A stretch of DNA of 64,000 nucleotides, from assembly GCA_041740355.1 (NCBI GenBank), contig JBGSMD010000051.1, forward strand, positions 32,001-96,000. The letters are read 5' to 3'. How positions within the stretch are numbered: the first letter of the stretch is position 1; each line of letters starts with the position of its first letter. Shown one piece after another: positions 57,544 to 64,000 of this stretch. The position numbers and the translations under genes are program-made. Under the pieces are notes generated by a model. It worked only from the letters and a program-made list of their open reading frames with translations. It was not told the DNA's origin and did not search any database. This DNA comes from Bdellovibrionota bacterium. Its GTDB lineage: Bacteria > Bdellovibrionota_C > UBA2361 > CALJRW01.

Positions 57544-59665
57544 CTTGTTTATCCTTTAAGACATCTGTGATCTTTCGATCATCAGATAAAATATCTAGAA
57601 TTTCATTTAGTTTTTCAGGGACTACTAAGTTCTGATTACTACTCGCACTAAATGACTGGATTAGCTTTTTAATTCGCTGTTCTTTGATTTTGGGAGTCGC
57701 CCCATCATTAATATGTTCGTAGGCCTCACGGAGAGCAGTTTTTTCATCTTGGGGGCCAAAATTTTCGGGAACCCGTAATTTAAATTCACCTTTAATCAAT
57801 TTCCATCTTTCATAAGCTGACTGATTATTCTTAAATAGTGGTGTAATAATTTTTACTAATTCTTGATTAAAAAACTTGTTAGTGCTTGGATACAATTCAA
57901 TCACACCAGTTCCGCGTAGGCCTTTTAATACTTCAGCTAATGTAATTGATTTTGCTAGTACAGCATCTACTAATAGCTGACGTAGATGACGATCGGTTTT
58001 AAATAATTTTAAATCAATTTCAAAATATCCTTTGAAAGCTAGATTAACCTGCGGTTGTAACTCTGCTACTAGCTCTTGAAACAGCTTAACTTTTACTGGC
58101 TCCTCTGTAGTTAATACCACCCGGCGCTGAAGATCAAAACTTTCTTGAGTTAGAATATTATATTTTATACTACCTAGAAGCTGATCTGTTTCCGGTGTTG
58201 GAGCAAATTCTAAATAAAGTTTAAAGGTTGGCTTTGGATTATGCTTTTCCACAAAGGCTACAGCAGCTTCAATCATGCCGGGCAATCTGGAAAACTGTTC
58301 TTCCGGCAAATCAACAGGAAAAAGAAATTTACCAATACCTTTAACATTCGATAATGAGTAAATCAGTAGTCGATCGGCTTCAATTTTCTTTAGCACATCA
58401 ACATATGTTGCTTCAACATCCTCACCTAAACTCTCCAGCTTGAGAGCAAAAGCAGCCTCAACAGTCGTGCCAGGAGCAAAAACTTTCTGTTCAGCAAAAC
58501 TATGTGAAACTTCGGCCATGGAACTAGAGAATCTTAAAAGGCGATCACCATTAATCTCTAGCGGTACATCCAAATAAGTTTGATAGGCTGGTGCTATAAA
58601 TTTACCTTCAGCTATTAGTGTTTTTTGATCTTCCAGGTTTTTATGATGAGTCTTCAGCATATCTTTTAAATCAAATTGATGACTAAAGGCTCCAGTGGAA
58701 GATTGATCTAATTGCATACCGCTAGCTGCTAGCTTATCTAAATCGATTAGCGTTCCCAATTCGCTTTGATAAAGTGCGATGGTCTCCAAATCTAACAGAA
58801 CAAGTCCATCAACTTTAAGTCCGGAAATAAACTTTGCTAGTTGCTCAGATAGCTTTAGATCGATAATTATTTGATATAAATTATCTGGTAAAGCTCGCAA
58901 AGAGCTTAGCATAATTGCTAAATTTCCATCAGCAGTAATGACTGCCGGTTTAAAATCTCTAGCATGTCTTTTAAAAAAAGTATTTAATTTCTGACTATCC
59001 TGTAGGCTAAGGTGGTAACCTGAAAAATTTAGATCGATCTTTAAAGTATCATCACTAATTAAGCTAATAAAATTTGGGGCCAATGCTAAAAGTTTAAGAT
59101 CGTTCGTTAGCTTTTCTCGAAGACCTGGAACCTTAAAATAAACTTGTCCTGCACCAGCGAATTCACTCCAAAAAAAATCTGGTAAATTTATGGTAGCAAA
59201 CTTATCAAATAAAATTTGGGCGAACTTTGGATAATATGTTTCAATCTCGTCAGCATTAAAACTTACATACCCATGACCTTGTAATCCTAGTATTGCTTCC
59301 CGTAATGAATGAATTTGAATTAATCGATTTAATATTGGTTCTGTCAGTGGCTGAAGTGCCACTACTGGGACAGCAACTTTGCGTGTTAAGGGATTAAAAT
59401 CTTTAAAAATGAATGTATCTTTAGTGGACACCTTGATTTTTTCTTTCTCTGAAGAATCTTCTTCTTTCACAGCTTGTTCAAGAGGAGCAATAGGGTCAGG
59501 TATAACCATACTTTTTGTTGTTGCCTCAGGTGCAACATCTTGCTCGCTGGTTGGGGAACTAGTGACACTTGTAGTGTTAACTTTGGAATTAGTTCCGGAC
59601 ATTACCCAGTAAACATACCCAATAATAATTACAGCTAAGAGACCTAATTTCTTTAATGATTTCAT
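57530..59665 (-). CDS. Membrane-anchored hypothetical protein
   Basis: 711 aa, N-terminal TM helix, overlaps downstream gene by 14 bp. Confidence 0.75.
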   Translation of the reverse strand: MKSLKKLGLLAVIIIGYVYWVMSGTNSKVNTTSVTSSPTSEQDVAPEATTKSMVIPDPIAPLEQAVKEEDSSEKEKIKVSTKDTFIFKDFNPLTRKVAVPVVALQPLTEPILNRLIQIHSLREAILGLQGHGYVSFNADEIETYYPKFAQILFDKFATINLPDFFWSEFAGAGQVYFKVPGLREKLTNDLKLLALAPNFISLISDDTLKIDLNFSGYHLSLQDSQKLNTFFKRHARDFKPAVITADGNLAIMLSSLRALPDNLYQIIIDLKLSEQLAKFISGLKVDGLVLLDLETIALYQSELGTLIDLDKLAASGMQLDQSSTGAFSHQFDLKDMLKTHHKNLEDQKTLIAEGKFIAPAYQTYLDVPLEINGDRLLRFSSSMAEVSHSFAEQKVFAPGTTVEAAFALKLESLGEDVEATYVDVLKKIEADRLLIYSLSNVKGIGKFLFPVDLPEEQFSRLPGMIEAAVAFVEKHNPKPTFKLYLEFAPTPETDQLLGSIKYNILTQESFDLQRRVVLTTEEPVKVKLFQELVAELQPQVNLAFKGYFEIDLKLFKTDRHLRQLLVDAVLAKSITLAEVLKGLRGTGVIELYPSTNKFFNQELVKIITPLFKNNQSAYERWKLIKGEFKLRVPENFGPQDEKTALREAYEHINDGATPKIKEQRIKKLIQSFSASSNQNLVVPEKLNEILDILSDDRKITDVLKDKQDEGF

Positions 59666-59827
59666 AGATTCAACTTAACTTAGATCCACGAGTTAAAACA
59701 GTTATAAGTTTTTATTTCAACATCAATTAAAACACTGGTTTTAATATTAAACTAACAATCCTCGATCCTGCTAACTTTCTCCTACAAATAATTTAAAGTT
59801 TAATTCCCCTATTAAACTAAATAGCGA

Positions 59828-59876
59828 TAACCCAAGAATGAATTCTGAAGTAAATCTTCGAAACATTCTTGGGTTA
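59828..59876. terminator. Hairpin downstream of the transglycosylase gene
   Basis: TAACCCAAGAATG...CATTCTTGGGTTA 13-bp stem. Confidence 0.55.
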
Positions 59877-59892
59877 ATCATCTTTTATTCTT

Positions 59893-61311
59893 TTAGCCTC
59901 CAACTGGTGTCCATCCTCTCTGTAATGGGCCCCAATACCTAGAAGCTCCCAGTGCATTTCCACTAGCACTTGTACCAGCAATCACACCATCTTGCTTAAC
60001 TAAGCTTGAGGTAATTGAAATTGCCGCATTGGCATTGGTGTATGGATTAGAAAGCTGATCATGTGAAAAACCAGTGCTCTGTAATCCATAGTTAGTGGCA
60101 TCGGCTGTCGACAACTGAAACAAGCCTCGAGATCCCGATCCAAACTGACCTACATCTCCAACTGTGCCAGTATTGTACGAGGATTCTTTTCCAGCCAACT
60201 CTGTAAAGTATCTCGCCCAAGATTCTGAACTACCATCGATACCATATTTGGCTCCATCAGCAGGTACATATCCATTTAAATCAGAATTCTTCACTTGATT
60301 ATTCATGTAAGCAAACAAATCATCTTTGCTGACAGACCCAGAAGTAGAAACTGGCATCGATCCATCACCACCAAGATACTGGCTATAATCGGCATTCCCA
60401 ATATTTGTTCCTAATGGATTGGAGTTTGTTCCTAAAGGATTATTTCCAACAGCAGTCCATGGGTTTTGTTGATCCTGTGGAACACCACCTTGTGTTGGCA
60501 TCATCTGGTTCTGCTGATTCATGGCATTTAATGTGTTCAATACTTGCCCAGCCATAATCAGACTAGTGTTACCAGTTAGTGTGCCAACTGTAGTTAAGAT
60601 TGTTCCCAACCAACTTCCATTTTGGTTATTATTTGATCCAAAAATTCCGAAAATTCCATTACCATTACCACCTCCAATTAAGCCTGGAATACCTCCACCT
60701 GTGTTTCCGGATCCAACGTTATAACCACCGAACATTGAACCTCCGATATTACCAATGTTGCCCATGTTCCCAAAATTACCCATTCCAGGGATTGATTGAT
60801 TATATGCAGCTGGGGCTAGAAAAGTAGCAATACAATGACGGTAGTCATAGTAACAGCTTTGATCGGGATAATAATTTTGAGAATTATTTGTTAAGTAAGA
60901 CTGGACACCTGTAGAATTTAAATTCTGAAACATTGAACCAATGTTACCGGCACTACCTTGTAAATAACCAGTAAGTACGCCTAATAAAATTCCTAAGAAG
61001 GGATTATCTTGAGTGACATCACTAAGACTCACATTAGAAACTGTACGCGTCAGTCCGGCGGCAGCACCGATATTACCATCAAGATCATCTATCCTCTCGG
61101 CTTGCAGGATATCTTCGGGAGTTAAATCTAAACGATCAACATCTGTCCCTTGTTGTTGCAATGCTCGCTGACAAATCTGCTGTCCTAATGGATGGTTTGC
61201 GCAGGGATTTCCATTTTGAGCGAAGACAACTGCGGCAGGTTGTAGAAAAGTTGTTAAGAGACAAACAACAACTGTGATACTACGCGGAGATAAGATTAAT
61301 TTTCTTTTCAT
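59893..61311 (-). CDS. Secreted Gly/Asn/Gln-rich protein with C-terminal lytic transglycosylase (SLT) domain
   Basis: AGKESSYN, SRGLFQLS, LSNPYTNANAA, GASRYW. Confidence 0.75.
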   Translation of the reverse strand: MKRKLILSPRSITVVVCLLTTFLQPAAVVFAQNGNPCANHPLGQQICQRALQQQGTDVDRLDLTPEDILQAERIDDLDGNIGAAAGLTRTVSNVSLSDVTQDNPFLGILLGVLTGYLQGSAGNIGSMFQNLNSTGVQSYLTNNSQNYYPDQSCYYDYRHCIATFLAPAAYNQSIPGMGNFGNMGNIGNIGGSMFGGYNVGSGNTGGGIPGLIGGGNGNGIFGIFGSNNNQNGSWLGTILTTVGTLTGNTSLIMAGQVLNTLNAMNQQNQMMPTQGGVPQDQQNPWTAVGNNPLGTNSNPLGTNIGNADYSQYLGGDGSMPVSTSGSVSKDDLFAYMNNQVKNSDLNGYVPADGAKYGIDGSSESWARYFTELAGKESSYNTGTVGDVGQFGSGSRGLFQLSTADATNYGLQSTGFSHDQLSNPYTNANAAISITSSLVKQDGVIAGTSASGNALGASRYWGPLQRGWTPVGG

Positions 61312-61572
61312 ATTAAAACCCTAACTTAAGTAAGTATAAAATAAATCACGTTAAAAATTAACGTTTTGTTTTAACTCACTCTTAATGTTGTTCTAGTTAT
61401 GCAAATTAGAAAAATCATCCCTACCAATTTCGGTAGGTTAAGAACCTAGTTTGCATAAGCCATTATGACAATGTTCAATTTGCTTTAGTAAATTAATTAT
61501 TGTCATTTCAATAAAACCCTTCATTAAATGTTATGGTTAGATTATCTAACTTGATACACTCGCAGTGGGTTT

Positions 61573-62361
61573 TCATTTAAAAAAGGGATGGAGGACGCCC
61601 GACGCATGGTAATCCTCATCATAGTTCTTTAATGCATTAATCCCGCGATCTATGAAAAATGCTTCAGTTGTTGTGCGAAATCTTGTAGGTAGGCATTCCA
61701 CCGCTAAACCCTTAGCAATACGATGTATTTCAGTTTTTTTGTTCGGATAGTATACTAAGAGAGTAACTTTTTCCCCCAAAAACTCATTAATATCCTGATC
61801 TTTAGGTGCTTTTTCAGGGCTTATAAACAGTAAATCTTGAACAGGTGTATTTCCTGATTGGTCATTCGTTTTGGAAATATTTTTTCTGATAGTTTTAGAT
61901 TCAGTACAATTTGGTAGAGGAATGGCTTGTTCCATCTGGATTACCTGTTTTTTCAACTGCGGCAAATATTCTTCATTGACATACTTTCGTACTGCATCTT
62001 TATCCAATTCAAATTTGCGGTAGGACTTATTAATCAACTCCGGATCTGGATAATCTACTCCAGATTTACCTTGAATATGACCAAAAATTTTCGGCTCAAC
62101 AAGCTCTTGATTCCAAGGATTTTTAGGGACTTGTCCCATCATCCGTAAAATATGTCGACTGCCTGGTTCCACTCCAAACCTAGGTGCAGATTCATTTAAC
62201 TCTGCTTCTGAAAATTTATAGGAAGTAATCTGCTTCTGTAGTGATATTTGTTGTTCGTAAGTTAAACCTTTTAAGATCTCCCGTGGATCTCCTTGAGCAA
62301 AAAGAGAATTTGCTACTATGGTTAGCAGGCAGACAAGAACAAGAATTTTAAGTTTCATCAT
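61573..62361 (-). CDS. Secreted protein, possible TraW-like
   Basis: Signal peptide; LLFIS and IAKGLAVECLPTRF resemble the TraW C-terminal thioredoxin-like motifs. Confidence 0.45.
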   Translation of the reverse strand: MMKLKILVLVCLLTIVANSLFAQGDPREILKGLTYEQQISLQKQITSYKFSEAELNESAPRFGVEPGSRHILRMMGQVPKNPWNQELVEPKIFGHIQGKSGVDYPDPELINKSYRKFELDKDAVRKYVNEEYLPQLKKQVIQMEQAIPLPNCTESKTIRKNISKTNDQSGNTPVQDLLFISPEKAPKDQDINEFLGEKVTLLVYYPNKKTEIHRIAKGLAVECLPTRFRTTTEAFFIDRGINALKNYDEDYHASGVLHPFFK

Positions 62362-62423
62362 AAGCCTAGTCTATATAACCCTGACTATTGCTTCAAGAAT
62401 GAAACTAATTGTATAACTAAAGA

Positions 62424-62885
62424 TTACTGCAGGGCCTTAATATATTTTAAGACCTGATCAGGATGACCAATAGGTTTAACAGGATCAAAAATCTCAATTA
62501 TTGTCCGTTTGGCATCTAAAAGATAAGTAATCCGATTGATTCCCATATATTTTCTACCCATGAAACTCTTTTCACCATAAATTCCTAACTGCGTAGAAAG
62601 CTTAAAATCCGTATCAGACAACATCACAGTCTCTAAGTCATTATTCTTACAAAACTTTGTTTTAGTTTTTTGATCGCCACCAGACACTCCAATTAGTGCT
62701 GTATCAAGACTGGCAAACTTTTGCTTTAATTTTGAAAAGCCCTTCGATTCGATCGTACATCCTGGAGTACTATCTTTAGGATAAAAAAAGATGACTAGAA
62801 ATTTCTCTTTAAATGAATTCAAACTATGATTCAGACCGTCCTTGTCACCAAGTTCGAAGTGTGGAAATTGTTCACCAATCTGCAT
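62424..62885 (-). CDS. bcp: Peroxiredoxin Bcp/PrxQ
   Basis: FYPKDSTPGCT, GINRITY. Confidence 0.93.
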   Translation of the reverse strand: MQIGEQFPHFELGDKDGLNHSLNSFKEKFLVIFFYPKDSTPGCTIESKGFSKLKQKFASLDTALIGVSGGDQKTKTKFCKNNDLETVMLSDTDFKLSTQLGIYGEKSFMGRKYMGINRITYLLDAKRTIIEIFDPVKPIGHPDQVLKYIKALQ

Positions 62886-62940
62886 ATAATTCCAATTTAT
62901 AAATAAAGATGATAGACTTTAATAACTTCAAGTCCTGACG

Positions 62941-63534
62941 ATGAAAGTAGTAATTATAAAATACAACGCTGGTAATATTTTCTCAGTCCAAACTGCCTTA
63001 GAGCGTCTGACTGTAGAACTTTCTGGTGCTGAAATCCAGCTTTCTGATCAAACTTCAGATATCTTATCAGCAGATAAAATTATTTTTCCAGGAGTCGGAG
63101 AAGCTAGCAGCGCAATGAACGATCTAAAAAGAAATAAATTAGATCAACTAATTCCAACTCTTACCCAACCATTTCTTGGTATTTGCCTTGGATTACAGTT
63201 AATGTGTGATTTCTCCGATGAAAATGATACCAAATGCTTAGGTATTATTCCCGTCCAAGTAAAGAAGTTTCAGCAATTAAAGGTTCCTCAAATTGGATGG
63301 AATAATATCAACAATTATAAATCTGAGTTATTCCACAACTTAAAACAAGACGAATATGTTTATTTTGTTCATAGTTATTACGCCGAGCTTTCGCCTTACA
63401 CTATTGCCACTACTGACTATGGACTAGAGTATAGTGCTGCCTTAAATAAGGATAATTTTTATGCGGTGCAATTCCACCCGGAGAAAAGTGCTTTAGTTGG
63501 GTCGCAAATTCTACAAAATTTCTTAACAATTTAA
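62941..63534 (+). CDS. hisH: Imidazole glycerol phosphate synthase glutaminase subunit
   Basis: PGVG, GICLGLQ, YFVHSY, QFHPEKS. Confidence 0.96.
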   Translation: MKVVIIKYNAGNIFSVQTALERLTVELSGAEIQLSDQTSDILSADKIIFPGVGEASSAMNDLKRNKLDQLIPTLTQPFLGICLGLQLMCDFSDENDTKCLGIIPVQVKKFQQLKVPQIGWNNINNYKSELFHNLKQDEYVYFVHSYYAELSPYTIATTDYGLEYSAALNKDNFYAVQFHPEKSALVGSQILQNFLTI

Positions 63535-63544
63535 ACGACAAGAT

Positions 63545-63958
63545 TTAATACGTATCTAAATACCGATCTTCGATCTTCAATTCCTCTAATACATAGTTAA
63601 TTACTTGTTTATCATCGGTCATACCGGAAGCAAATGTATGATCACAGAAGGGATCATCAGAAGATGCAGCATAACGGACAGCTCCCACAATTAATTTTTG
63701 TTCGGCGGGATTTCGACTGGGGTAAAGTGTTAATAAGTACTTACAGACTTCAAAAACATCTCTAGCTTCTTTGTCGCTATAATGCGTTTCAGGACCATCA
63801 TTCGCTGCGGAATTACTAGAGAAGTGTGTCTGCAAAGCTTTGCCCAAAAGCTTTAATCCATCACTATCTAGCTCGGCACAATAACTTTCAAAGGCCGGTC
63901 GCACAAAAGGTGGAAACTTCGGTAATTTATGTTTTCGCTTTTTTCCAAAAAATATCAT
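63545..63958 (-). CDS. YkvA/DUF1232-like protein
   Basis: GAVRY...DDPFCD....GMTDD..VINYV. Confidence 0.6.
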   Translation of the reverse strand: MIFFGKKRKHKLPKFPPFVRPAFESYCAELDSDGLKLLGKALQTHFSSNSAANDGPETHYSDKEARDVFEVCKYLLTLYPSRNPAEQKLIVGAVRYAASSDDPFCDHTFASGMTDDKQVINYVLEELKIEDRYLDTY

Positions 63959-64000
63959 AATAATTAACTAGCATGTCTAATGAAATCTTAAAAGGTACTA

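Overview
AT-rich bacterial chromosomal window with three accessory zones among housekeeping genes. (1) 1-9.8 kb is a minus-strand defence run: WYL regulator, HTH-Panacea antitoxin + RelE-like toxin, an unknown protein, a HEPN-like protein, type I R-M (hsdM, frameshifted hsdS, hsdR), then a SIR2-like NADase that is cut by the window edge and absent from the ORF track. (2) 9.85-15.95 kb is a dense toxin-antitoxin array: a convergent AbiEi/AbiEii pair, an Xre/MbcA-like gene, duplicated HI1420-type antitoxins, an orphan HigA, intact HigBA and RHH-MazF modules, and internally deleted toxin and higA relics. It appears built from repeated units marked by three related perfect 34-bp palindromes and a recurring higA 3' end (ATTCGGGCKTA). 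(3) 54.2-62.4 kb is a cluster of secreted proteins that resemble very divergent F-type T4SS parts (TraW-, TraU-, TrbC-like) plus a lytic transglycosylase, with no relaxase, ATPase or mobile-element signature, lying between hisG/MFS and bcp/hisH. The remainder holds a collagen-like protein, a DbpA-type helicase, MOSC protein, cyclic beta-1,2-glucan synthase, cardiolipin synthase, ABC exporter, rsmE, trmFO, ubiE/menG, glyQS, hisG, hisH and bcp, plus several families of structured intergenic repeats. I saw no rRNA, tRNA, CRISPR array, transposase or integrase. All family assignments are by-eye motif recognition, not database searches.
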